Shown piece by piece: positions 35,899 through 48,117 of a stretch of 64,000 bases of DNA. Position 1 is the stretch's first letter; every line of letters begins with the position of its first letter. The notes below the pieces were generated by a model. It worked only from the letters and a program-made list of their open reading frames with translations. It made no database searches and had not been told where the DNA came from. The position numbers were made by a program, and so were the translations under genes. The DNA lies in NCBI GenBank assembly GCA_047495785.1, contig JBLDXI010000042.1, positions 4,030,001-4,094,000 of the forward strand, in the 5' to 3' direction. The stretch is from Lepidodermella squamata (lineage: Eukaryota; Animalia; Gastrotricha).

Positions 35899-38780
35899 AT
35901 GTCGACTTTCAAGCTTGACGAACTTGCCAAGTAAGACTATGCGCCATGCATCAGGAATTATCATAAAATATGTATCATAGGGTCAAGTATCTGGGAAATT
36001 TCCCTCGCAAGCATTACCACTTCGAACGGAGTGAGGAGCCCATCGTCAAGGACGCGATTGAAAGACTATGTTGCAAGGAAACTGGTTATCTCGCCGTCGT
36101 AGGCCAAGGAGGTACTGGAAAATCTACATTGGTGGCCAAAATTCTGCAGTCGGATGAGTTCCTCGCGGAAGAGTGCCCATCAATTGAAAACGTCATCTGG
36201 CTGAATTTAATGAAGCTCTCCTCCAAAAATTTCGACGCTTGCAGTTTCTACTTTGCGCTCGCCAAGCTGACAGGCGTAAAGATTCGCAAGCCAGAAGCGC
36301 AGAACGATAAGCCTTTGGATGAGCAACTTCGCGACGCTTTGACGTCGAAGCGTTCACGGCCTGCCTCGATTCTTCTGGTCCTCGACGATGTTTTCTCTGA
36401 CGAAATTCTGCCATTACTTGCCAAGTTTCAGCACATTATCAGATGCATCGCGATCAGCCGATTCGGTGCGACGCTTGGAATCCACAGTGCGGATGATGCG
36501 AGCTTCACGCCAATTGTAGTCAACGTTCAACCAATGACGGATCTTGACATCGTGCAAATGATAAAAGAAGTCCTACCTGAGGATTTACTCTCGCTCGAAA
36601 GACTCGCTTCCCTTGCCAAGGTCTGCGTTGGGCTACCTCTTATCGCCCGAATTATTTGCGGTCACTTCCTATCGTGCCATGATGCAAAATCTGCAGCTAC
36701 GAAATTTGATGAGATCACGGAGAAACTTGCGCCTGGTAAAAACCGAACGGTAACTATGGTCAGACGAGTTCAGGATGCAGTTTCAAAGCTGCTCGAACTT
36801 CATTTCGAAAAAGACGACGAACTCTTCGTTAAATTCTGCGCCTTCCTACTATTTGAGGAAGAAACTGGCGTTGATGCTGAGGATTTGTCATTTGTGTGGA
36901 ACGTGGACGTTGAAGATGCCATAAATATTTGCGAGAAGGAGTTATGTGCTAAAGCTCTTGTATCAGCAGTCACTTTCGATGACAGCAGGAAAGATGAGGC
37001 TCATGCAGATCCGCACCATCCCAATTACGAGGAAGACGTCGCTATCGACTATGCCGATGACGGGCCAGTCGTCCTTTCAGCGAAGAAGCACTGTTACGCA
37101 GTAAATTCGATCGTGTACCAAGCTGTAGCTGAATTGCAGCGAAAATTGAGGGATAAAGAAAGCATCCAGCTAGCTACAATCATCCGAGAGGCAGGCCGAC
37201 GCCATCCAAAGGCATGGCTGGGGGAAAACATCTTGCACGTTGCTGCTCGTTGTAAAAGGACCGCTTTACTTCAAAGCATCATCAAACGAGCTGATGTCGA
37301 CAGCCTCCTATCTCTTTGCGCCGAAGAAAACGGCGATAAAGTCACCCCAATTAAACATCTCTGCTCGGTTAGTGCCGGAGACTGGCATGTCGATTCAGCT
37401 CCGCCTCTCCTTATCAAAGCAACTCTACCTTTGATGGACAAGCTTTCAGCAACACCTCTGACAGATAAATTGGTCGAATTGATCATCGAATGCGATGGAA
37501 ATATCGAGAGGCTTATGCTACTAGCGTGCGATATCGGTTATGCCTTTTTAGTCGCGAAGCTCATTTTCAAAGCTCGAGCTAATATCAATGCGAAAAAACG
37601 ACGCTGGCCTTACTACAACTGTTTAATGTTGGCAGCTAGGAGAGGGCATGAAACGATAGTCAAAATGCTTCTTGACCATGGGGTTGATATTAGCGTGAAG
37701 GACGGTCACGGTCGAACAGCTCTTATGCTAGCTGTAGATATGGGTCGAGAATCAGTTGTCAGCCTTCTCCTCGAAAGAGGTGCAGATTTACTGGAAGACG
37801 GTAACGTAATGCCAGCTTTAATGCTCGCCCTCGCTCGAAAGAGGGAAGGAATCGCTAAGTTACTTTTGATGAAAGGCGCCGAGCAGAACATCAGCGAAGA
37901 CATGAGCGAGCGGACGTTGATTTTGGCCGCCAGAAGCTGCCGAGATCCCATCGTTGTCAAGTTCCTACTGGAGAAAGGCGCCGATCCGAACGCTAAAGAT
38001 GTACTAAGCCGAACTGCTGTCATTCAAGCTACTTTGAGTGGATTAGCTGGAAATGTTCAGCTCTTGTTGGACTACGGTGCAAACCCTGATGTTCGCGATA
38101 AGGAGAAGCATACAGCAATCATGTACGCCGCAATGCTGGGACATGAAGACATTGTGCGGGCGCTGATTCAAAAGAGCGCAAACTTGACCCTTCGAGATCG
38201 CATGGATCGGACTGCTCTAATCTTCGCGGCATGGAAAGGTTTTGATCGAATCGTCAAACTTTTACTCGATGCCGGAGCCGATCCAAATGTTAAGGACACA
38301 ATGAACAGAACTCCTTTGATTCTGGCTGCTCAAGCTGGCAAAGAAGCGAGCGTGGAAGCTTTATTGGACAGAGGTGCCGATATTAAGGCCACAGATCGCG
38401 TCTACCACAGAACACCTCTCATATTTGCGGCAGAGGGTGGCCACTGGTCTGTAGTTCGCCTCTTGTTGGAAAAAGGCGCTCAACCCAATGAAAGTGAGTC
38501 ATTCAATTGGCGCAGCGCACTTCAACTGGCGGCAGAAAACGGTCACACATCAATAGTCGAGCTTCTACTGCAAAAAGGTGCCGACGCGAACAAGGTCAAC
38601 TCCTTCAAACACACTGCTCTGCTACTTGCTGCCGAAAACGGCCAGGAAGCTTCAGCGAAACTTTTAATGGAAAAGGGCGCGAATCCTAAGGCAGAAGACA
38701 TCTACCACCGCACGCCTATCAGTCTGGCTATTCGCGAAGGCCACGATGACGTCCTGAAAATTCTAGTTCCGGTTAAATAA
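35899..38780 (+). CDS. STAND NTPase (NB-ARC) fused to about a dozen ankyrin repeats
   Basis: 32-nt first exon 35899-35930 and 50-nt intron, in frame with 35981-38780. Walker A GQGGTGKS, Walker B LLVLDDV, CVGLPL; TALxxAA..G...V..LL..GA repeats. Confidence 0.9.
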
Positions 38781-39255
38781 CTTGAAATTTACGGTGTCGG
38801 ACCGCGCATGTCTACCTTGATTTATTCACTACCAATATTTGTACTTTATCGCTAGCTTGCTCCTTTACAGAGACGCCCTTCGGTCTTCGTTTCATACAAA
38901 AAAGTTGTCGTAAAACCATCGCCATTTCTGTATATATTGAACTGTTATCGTCATGATTTACTCATTTGAAATTATGATTTTTATACGAACAATTCTTGGG
39001 ATTAAAAATTCTAATGTCTAGTGGAGTCGTAGACACTCTTCATACCTGTGCACCTGGAATTTTTGTTTTCACCTGTTTTAGCTGAAAGAAGGAGAAATCG
39101 AGGAATAAAATAGAACGGTTGCATAATCGGCATTTTATTGACCTTAAAACAGTACTTGGTACTTTGGAGAACTTCGATAGTTTAAACAACCGGAATGTCA
39201 TGAAATCACTTGGGTAACGAAATATTAGCGTAGAAAGAGCGTCAAATGAAACTTT

Positions 39256-41119
39256 TTACTGACGGGGTCCTTTTGCACTAAGGCTCCGGGCCGTCAACTT
39301 GGAAATCAGCAGGTTGGCAAGAGCTTTCTTCGAATCACCGTTGTAGTCAGCCAAGGCACGAGCAGCTTCCTCACGAGTAAAACCTCGCTTCGTAATCTCT
39401 TCAAACGCAGATTCCGGAAAATTGCTTGCACTTGTCGTAGCTGAGGCTGAACTTGGCCGAGCCGTTCCAGAAGTACCAGGCTGAGATCCATTTTTCGCAC
39501 CTTCCTGAGCTGCCAACTTGTCAGCCAATTTTTGTCGATCGCTTTCCGGAGCTTCATAATTTAAACGGGCGTAGTTCGGCAATTCATTTTCGGGCAAAAA
39601 CGGGGTGTCATTGCCAGTAGTGCCAATGGAAAGCACGTTCCGCTTCAGGTCGATGCAGCATTGGTGGCGACGCAGCATATCAAGGCCGAGCAAGAAGTCC
39701 ATTTCTTGTTCTTCGAGCACAGAGAAAGTACACTGCAGGAAATCGCTGCCGATTTGAATCAGGCCCAAATGAATACGGCCGAGAATTTTCTGAACACCGA
39801 CACCTTTAGCAATGCCCGAAAAACGAGTATCGAGTAGCTTCATAAGATTGCATCGCTCAGCACAGTTTTTTGACATGATGGTCATTTGAGCACCAGAGTC
39901 AACGAAAGCTTTTACTGGTTGACCATTGACTTTTGCATCGATGTAAAGCTGAAATAAAAAAGAATATTAACTGCGTTAATTCGGCATAAAATTGTCGAGC
40001 GGGGAAAATCCGAAATGATCTAATTTTGTCCAAATCTTCACCTCAAACATGTGATTAATCGACAATGTGTCCCTTAAGCCAAGAGTAATCAAAGGAAATG
40101 CCCAGAACACGGATGAGAAGTTCACAATAATAGGCCAAAAAGTTCATATGCCATCAGAATGGTGAAATGGCTACGTTACTACAGAAGTCGTACAAAAAAT
40201 CGGTCTAACGGTTGCTTTTAGCTTTTTCAGATGAATTTCGAATTTCTCGCAAAATTTCTCGAAAGATAAATTCTCGAATGGGAAATGTCGTTCGCAGGAA
40301 AAATTTCGGATATTATATACATTTTGAAGCGAGAAGTCCGACAATGGTTGCGCAACTCTTTGGCACGCTTAACTCAATCGCAGCTCCTAATTTTCCCAAG
40401 GCTCAGGGCAAAATTTTACTTACCATGACAACGTGGCCAAAACTTTCAGGAGAGTGTTCCAAAGCATGTTCAAGATTCGCATCAATATTTTCGCGACTGA
40501 AAAAAATCGGATGCTAGCTTTTAAATAATCCCTATAATAAAATAGCCATACCGAATCTGTTCGTACATCTTCTCTTGGTACGTAGGATCCAATGGGTCAA
40601 ACGGCACATCGTCCATTGCAGCTGGGCCTAGGCCTTGTTGAGCAGCCATCAGTATGTTCAACAAACGCAATGTCTCAGCTGCATAGAATTGCAATTAAAT
40701 TATTATTATAATATTGTTTCATTTTTCATACCTTGATCGCCCCTTTCAATAGCCGCGGCAAGATCTGGAGCTTGCCTACGAAGAGCAGCTAATTGTTGAG
40801 GGCTACCAGCTAGCAAGGTCCTGAGAGCATTCATATCCATCTGAGGAGCACCGCCAGCACTTCGATTCCCATTAACAGCTGCTGAGCCGCGTCGGCTCAC
40901 AGGACGCAGTAGTACCAGATCATCATCGCCAATTCCCAGGGATCGAATTGCGCTGGAGCCGGAATCTGTCACAACTTTGCCATTCAGCAGAATTTGAAAA
41001 CCATCGGTTGAATCGAAGCCGAATTCAGCCGCGCAAAGGGCTTTGAAATTTTCGTATTCGATATCGTCACTGACATCGATTAGTGTCGACCGCTCGTCAT
41101 AACACACGTTGATGCGCAT
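39256..41119 (-). CDS. DDI1: DNA-damage-inducible 1 homolog (UBL, retroviral-type aspartic protease, UBA)
   Basis: Exons ~41119-40732, 40678-40552, 40496-40423, 39948-39256. PESFGHVVM|[32 protein letters not shown]; UBA-like [11 protein letters not shown]. Confidence 0.95.
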
Positions 41120-41561
41120 TTTTTTAATTCGGATCTATCGATTCAAAACGAGGAAGAATTCCACGATATGAATGATTCCAAAAAATTGAAAACAATATTT
41201 GATCTAATTACTAAAGCGAATTTCTTCTCCTAATTTTGTCATTAGATCAGGCTTTATCAATAAATGGCTTAGCCTGCATCTCACAAACTGCGATATTTCA
41301 ATCCAAAACTATGCTGCATTCCATTTTTTTCAGTCGACCTCCAAGATGGCTACATCCAGTCATTTTTATCGTTTAAAATATCTAAATGGAAAAACGAAGA
41401 TTCAAAGGATCAATGAAATCACTTTAACCGTAGTCACTCGAATTTTGGGAGAATAAAAGACAATACAAAAATATATGCATGCGTCAAAGATAAACCCACA
41501 ACAAAATGAGCAGTATTTGACCAGCAATCGTTTAGTTAACTAACATAATAATCACAGAAAC

Positions 41562-42608
41562 CTAACGAGCAAGCTTTTGTCTATAGCTCTCAATAAATTC
41601 AGTTACGCTCGGAATAAGCTGCGGAGCGCTGTGAAGAGCGCGATGGCCGTAACCCAGAGATGCAGGTAGTAATGTGTAGACCAGAGGCGGCCAATGACTT
41701 GGTCGTTGAGAGATGGCATGATGATATGCTCGCTGACTAAGGTGGTGAGGAACGATCCAATCATCTTCAGTATGGATCATATATACCGGCAGACGCAATT
41801 TAGACAGGGAATCTGTGTTGTTAAATATTAACTGGCGTTCCCTGAGTGCGTACTGGACTGCTTCGAGCGCATGAGAAAATGGCCATAATATCCAAGCCAA
41901 TGGAAAATGTACTGACGCTTCTACAACGTCAGAAAAAGTTGATTCCAGAATAAGACCACTGCACGATGCACAGTCCGCTGATTGATCAGGGCATAACACT
42001 CGTGCCAAATTAGTTGCGATACCACCGCCAATAGAATGGCCCCACAGGAGTATTGCATCACTGCCAACATTCCATTCTCTCTTAGCATGCGCTAAGGTCC
42101 ATTCATACATCGCCTTAGAATCCGTTATTAAAGATGTTTCACTGAGTTCGCAAACATCCGATAGACAAATCGAATCAGCGTAGTTTCGATAGTCGAAGCT
42201 GACAACATCGTACCCAGCTTCTGACAGAATCTTATATTGATTGATGCGATGGTAAGTAGCTCGAGAAGCCCGATTTCCATGATGGTAAAGAATTACTTGC
42301 CTACGATGCTGAACATGCGAGGGTGGCCTGAAGAGCCATGCGCCTAGTAGAGCCCCATCTTCCGTCTTCACTACATGAGAAGTGACGCGAGTGGAATCCA
42401 AGTCGAATTCAACCGGGTTGCTAAAATTCTTCCCATACGGCAAGGTAGGATTGTTCAAAAACACAGCATATTCAACGGCTGCAGGATAGTATATCATGGC
42501 AACAGGCAAACATACGCAACATACGATTGAAAGGAGAATTGAGACGTTAATAACTTTTCTGATAAGCCACCAGATGAGCGAACCGAGCGCGAACGCATAG
42601 GAATGCAT
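41562..42608 (-). CDS. ABHD12: Alpha/beta hydrolase ABHD12-like lipase, intronless
   Basis: N-terminal TM; ILYHHGN, FDYRNYADS, WGHSIGGG nucleophile elbow, LILESTF, HTEDD, YGH. Confidence 0.88.
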   Translation of the reverse strand: MHSYAFALGSLIWWLIRKVINVSILLSIVCCVCLPVAMIYYPAAVEYAVFLNNPTLPYGKNFSNPVEFDLDSTRVTSHVVKTEDGALLGAWLFRPPSHVQHRRQVILYHHGNRASRATYHRINQYKILSEAGYDVVSFDYRNYADSICLSDVCELSETSLITDSKAMYEWTLAHAKREWNVGSDAILLWGHSIGGGIATNLARVLCPDQSADCASCSGLILESTFSDVVEASVHFPLAWILWPFSHALEAVQYALRERQLIFNNTDSLSKLRLPVYMIHTEDDWIVPHHLSQRAYHHAISQRPSHWPPLVYTLLPASLGYGHRALHSAPQLIPSVTEFIESYRQKLAR

Positions 42609-43433
42609 ATCACTTTAGAATTGTTAATTGGAATCCAGGCTGGCTCAAAGTGTTTAAAATCTCGAGCTTTATCCTAAATCGAGAAAAAGCACGTAAAGAT
42701 TTAGCGAGATCCGGGGCTTGGAGTGATTGCTAACTGAACGAAGTACTACGAGTGAAACGCGCAGAAAAAACTGAATGCTAAAACCTATCAAAATTCAGAA
42801 TAAAAATGCTTATCCACCCCGCCAACCTTCATCTCAAGCTGTCCGAAAATCTAGAAACTTTCTGCTATCCTGCTGGAATCTTCGATAGTCGACGGCGTGA
42901 AACAGATGTGAGGCATCTCTAAGTTCCGAGGTTCCAGAAGCGATTCGAACCTTTTGCTTCCCGCGCAAGAAAAGCTTCATTAAATTTTGAAGCAATATTT
43001 CTAAAAATTCTGAGAAATTAGCCAGATACACATCAAAACTATTAAAATATCTGATTGACAATAGATTAATTATTTGGCAAAGTTTGACCGGCGCCACGCG
43101 CCACGAGGTTTTGAGCCGAAGGGAAAAAATTACTAGACGTCATGGCTTTTTTCTTCGGCAAATACCTGTGCAAAGGTCAACCAATTACCCCGTACTCACA
43201 AATTTACGTGCCAAAATTCCCCCTGAAATCGATACACCCATCGTAGTTGTTTTCAGGTCACTTTTCACCTCTTACTTACTCTTCTTTCGGCTTATTTCTT
43301 GTCGTCTCTGCAAATGTCATTAAAAGTGACACGAAGTTGCTCGTCATGCAGTTCAAAGCCAACTGGGACTAATCAATCAAAATAATTGTATTGAACTTCT
43401 TATTTAGCAAACTTTTAAATCTTAGTAACCTTT

Positions 43434-45791
43434 ATGGCTACAATGGGAGAAGGAAATAACGCTAACGCTGCCGGTCACAAGAATGACGGCTACATTGCTG
43501 AAGTAGGCGGCATTGTCGAAGGCACCTACGAAGTTGTTGTGGACTCGTTTGACAAGATGGGCCTTAAGGATGAATTGCTCCATGGTATTTATAACTATGG
43601 CTTCGAAAAGCCGTCAGTCATTCAGCAGCGTGCGATCCCTCCCTGCCTTGAAAGTAAGATACCATTGTTTATTCTGAAGCGTATGTTTAATTTGATGGAT
43701 TCAAGAGCGAGACGTCATCGCCCAAGCTCAGTCTGGTACTGGTAAAACTGCCGCGTTTACTGTGGCGATCTTGCAACAGCTTGACCCTGAGTTGAAGGAG
43801 ATCCAGGCCTTGGTTTTGGCTCCAACTCGCGAACTTGCACAGCAGATTCAGCGGGTCGTTTTGTGCTTGGGCGAGTTTCTCAAAATCTGCTGCCATGCTT
43901 GCATTGGTGGCAAAACTGTCATGGAGGATCTTCACAAGCTGAGCGAAGGTGCCCAGATTGTCGTCGGCACTCCGGGTCGCGTTTACGATCTGTTGCGGCG
44001 CGGTGCCTTATGTGAGTTATCTAGTTGCTACTATTCCATCATTTTTTACTCTTCCTGAAAATACTTTTGCTTGTAATGGTATTGCACCTGAAAGCAAAAG
44101 TAGTCGTCAGGAAGAATATTAACATTGGTATTCTTCACAATGCGTGGGCGATAATTCATCTCTTACGCTGTTCGAAGTGTGCCTACATTTTTTTCATTAT
44201 TAAATTCACATATTCAGATGGTACATAGGTTGAACTTGAATCTTGTTTCGAATTACTTAGATGATAGTCAATATATTTGGTTATAAATATGAGATATCGG
44301 GATCTTCTGTTGTCATAGCAGTTTGCGCTGGAACAACTGTTCTTTCATTTTCGATGATGAGCTCTTTCGTCGCCCCTGCGTTCAGAAAATATTGTATTCC
44401 TTACGTTCCTGCTACACCAAGCCAGCTTGAGAACATTTTGAAAGCCTTCAAGATCTCGAATGTCCCTGCCAATGCAAAAATTATCGATTTGGGCAGTGGT
44501 GATGGAAGGGTGGTATTTGAATTGGCAAAAGCTGGATATCCCCACTCACATGGAGTCGAACTAAACAGATGGCTAGTGTATTACTCACGATATAGAAAAC
44601 TCAAAGAACGACAGTTCGAAACTAAGTTCTTTCGGAAAAATATGTGGACGATACCTTTCTCGAGTTATGATGCTGTAGTTATGTTCGGCGCAGAAACCGT
44701 TATGGAGGAAGTCGAGCGCAAACTCGTATCTCAAGGAAAGCGCGACTCTGTTGTTATTACATGCCGTTTCCCATTACCTACACTAAGGGAACATTTTCAA
44801 ATTGGAGAGGGCCTCGACAGCGTTTGGTGCTATCGCCTAAATAAATAATTAAACGCTATAATTCCTATTTAGTAGCAATAAATAATTCGATTTCTTTGCC
44901 TTCGATTGACAGCCCCGAATCATATCAAGCTGTTCGTTCTCGATGAAGCCGACGAAATGCTGTCTCGCGGTTTCCGTGACCAGATTTATAGTATCTTCAC
45001 ATTCTTGCCTCAGGCTGTTCAGGTATGATGATAAATTGAATGATATAGATGAATCATTAAATTTATTCTCATTAGTGCATCCTTTTGTCTGCCACCATGG
45101 CTCCTGAGGTGTTGGAAATCACCAAGAAATTCATGACCAACCCGATCGAAATTCTTGTCAAGAAGGAGGAACTTACCCTCGAGGGTATTCGTCAGTTTTT
45201 TATTCAGTGCGAGAAGGAGGTTTGTCTTGTCGCATTAATTTACATGATTGGTTTAATACAGCTGATTTCGAAAATTTAGGAATGGAAGTTCGATACATTG
45301 GTTGATCTGTACGAGACCGTCTCGATCGCCCAAACCATCATTTTCTGCAACTCTCGTCGCAAGGTCGAATGGTTGGTGTCGAAGATGCGAGAGAAGGAGT
45401 TCACCGTGTCTTACATGCACGGTGAGATGGACCAGAAGGAGCGTGATGCCGTCATGAAGGAGTTCCGCTCGCTGTCTACTCGCGTCCTGATCACCACCGA
45501 TTTGCTCGCTCGTGGTATCGACGTCCAGCAACTTGGCCTCGTCATCAACTACGATTTACCGCGTCAGCAAGAAAGCTATATTCACAGGTCAGTTGACTTG
45601 AAAATATTTTATTAATAATTGCTAAGGTAAATTATTATTTCAGAATCGGTCGTTCTGGTCGTTTCGGTAAGAAAGGAGTGGCCATCAATTTCCTGACCAA
45701 GGATGACGAACAAGTGCTGAAGGACTTGGAACGTTACTACGACACAAAGATTGAGGCTATGCCGCAAAACATCATGAACTTCATCAATTAA
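43434..45791 (+). CDS. EIF4A: Eukaryotic initiation factor 4A (DEAD-box helicase), 6 coding exons
   Basis: Exons 43434-43653, 43706-44011, 44913-45022, 45076-45219, 45280-45587, 45644-45791. [46 protein letters not shown]. Confidence 0.96.
44050..44190 (+). ncRNA. Intronic box H/ACA snoRNA candidate
   Basis: Hairpin 1: tcttcctga/tcaggaaga lower stem, tacttttgctt/aagcaaaagta upper stem, with internal pocket. ANANNA hinge at ~44113-44121. Hairpin 2: ggtat..gcgtgggcgat/atctcttacgc..gtgcc. ACA at 44185-44187 then ttt. Confidence 0.7.
44261..44848 (+). CDS. ATPSCKMT: FAM173-family mitochondrial lysine methyltransferase (ATPSCKMT/ANTKMT-like), intronless, nested in eIF4A intron 2
   Basis: TM segment then [49 protein letters not shown]. 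Confidence 0.9.
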   Translation: MIVNIFGYKYEISGSSVVIAVCAGTTVLSFSMMSSFVAPAFRKYCIPYVPATPSQLENILKAFKISNVPANAKIIDLGSGDGRVVFELAKAGYPHSHGVELNRWLVYYSRYRKLKERQFETKFFRKNMWTIPFSSYDAVVMFGAETVMEEVERKLVSQGKRDSVVITCRFPLPTLREHFQIGEGLDSVWCYRLNK

Positions 45792-48117
45792 GCACTGATC
45801 GGGACCGCCTGCTGCTATTTGTCTCGCTTTCCAGCAGTGCGGCTCACTTTTCTAGAAAAGCAACAATGTAACAGAAATATCAAATACCAGAAATAACAGA
45901 GAACTTATAACAAAGCAGATCCAGTGTCTCGGTGTTTTTCAAGTTGTTATGTTATACACGTAGATCGTATTGTAACAAAATCGATGGCATTAGGGACCTC
46001 ATTCTATTTACGCATTACTACGCTGGCCTGGTCACGCTTCCACGAGTGCTCAGCCTTTGTACTGAACAATCTTTGTGAGAATGGACCTGATGATGATTAC
46101 GGCCATTTTATTCGTTATAAAAATAAAAATATTTAGTTATAAGTGTAAGTTCATATCATTATTCTGCTATATTTTGTGGTTCTTTGATGTGCCAAATGGC
46201 AAGTGTGGATGACTCGGTGTATTAAAACATTTCGAGGAAGTATTTGATTGCGAATTTTTATTGAAATGCGATTTTGATGAGATGATAGACGACGCTGATT
46301 CTGCTTTGTTTTCAAAGTTTACGTTCTTATCCTTGAATATATTGAGAAACTCTATGCTTATCATTGTATCATGTTAATACAGGCTGCACGCTTTGGGTTT
46401 ATATATTACTTTGAGAAAACTGTTAATTATTAGCGATATTTTGACTATTCCACATGATTGGAGGTCATTGATACCAGCCTTATGATACAGTTATCGTTTC
46501 GTGAAATCAATAAATGAGCTCCACACTATTTTGTCAAATCGTTATTGCACCTGCCAACCACCTGTAAAGAACATCTTCACCTTATGATAATTAATCATAC
46601 ACAAAACAGAGGCGTTCTATATTTCTTTACTGATTGGTGACAGGTACTAATGAAACCACACTTACTATTCTGGCTGGAAAACGTCATCGTAGCCTAACAT
46701 CATTATATCATGGCTTTCACTCATCATGTAAATAGTTGTAAGGTTCAACAGATAGAAATTAATGTTTGACAGTGCATCATTCCGGTGCGATATTATTGTG
46801 CGAATAAGTATGCCTGGACTTGAACAGTAACGTTCCACTTCATAAAATGAGCAGTTGTTTATTTGTCTCTGTTGAATAACCGACGTAAAAGTTTATTTGT
46901 CTTGGAGACAAAAATCACCGCGATTCTATGTTTGCGTTCTGTTCTGTGTCCTTTCTGTAATATCAATACTATCAAGATGTCAATATCCTGTGAAACAATA
47001 TCTCTGTTCGTGGGCGAATGTGGCGATGTTGTGTTGGTGGATGTAGATGCACTATAAATATATTATACCTTATAAAGAAAAACTAATTGTGCGCCCAAGC
47101 AGCGTAACAGAAATAAAAGCTAAACTATTGGTTCTATCGTTCTTTTTATTCAAAATAACAAAAATATTAAATCAACGTATAGTTTTCGTTGGATTCGAAA
47201 TTATAATTGGTTGTCATGCATATTCCTTCAGCAGCAGCTGCATCTAAAATTAATAATAAGGTACTAAACTGGTGAAGAAATGGTTATAAATACGTTACCC
47301 TGAAATCGCCACTCTCAATGAAGGATATTGGTATCAGTGTGAAACCGGATCGATGGAACCGGGCTGAGTTATTCATCCAACCAGTTGGCTATTAAAGTAG
47401 AATAATGTAAGTAGGTACCATTTTCCCCCACAATGTCAAACTCACCGTTGACTTAAATTGATCGTCACAGTCCAATTCGATGTCCCAGGTTGTGCAGGGC
47501 AATAAACTTTGAATTCCGCTCAATTTAACGAGCATATCGGATGTTTGTTGCATGAATGAACTGCTCTGATCTCCAATTGCTGGGTAATCGCTGATATTGT
47601 GCATTTCTATCACTAGGGCTCGTTGCAAATGTCCTCGCTCATAAACGTTTAGCAGTATCCGAGCAGGAGAGTACTGCGCGAGGTGTCTAGCTGCAGATTT
47701 GCTACAGCTGCTGATATATCGGACGACGTTAGGGCATTTGCATCGCTGATAATAACAGTAAACGTGCATTTATAGAATTAGATAAAGGTATGACTTATTT
47801 TCTACCTATTAAAAAATCCATGACCACTTTAATATTTGCAAATATCTTGACAAACCTTTAACAATACGTTATGATGAAGGACGTTTTCGAATGAGCTCTC
47901 ATTGTACAAACCATTAACAAACAGAAAAGAGTGAATCACATCGCTAATTAATACATAAGCATCAGAATCAGCCGGCATCTAAATAACAGATAAATATTAT
48001 AGATACAGTGGAGATGGATAGCTACAGGGAGTTGGAATGACATTATTTCAGGGCAACTTTGGGATTCGCCAAGGCTACCTACGAGTCGGGGTTGAGATCT
48101 CATCAGCAGGATACTGC

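Noticed and set aside
47392-47769. Kinase-like look of CPNVVRYISSC..LLNVYERGHL
   Set aside because: No HRD, DFG or APE motifs in adjacent exon-like segments.
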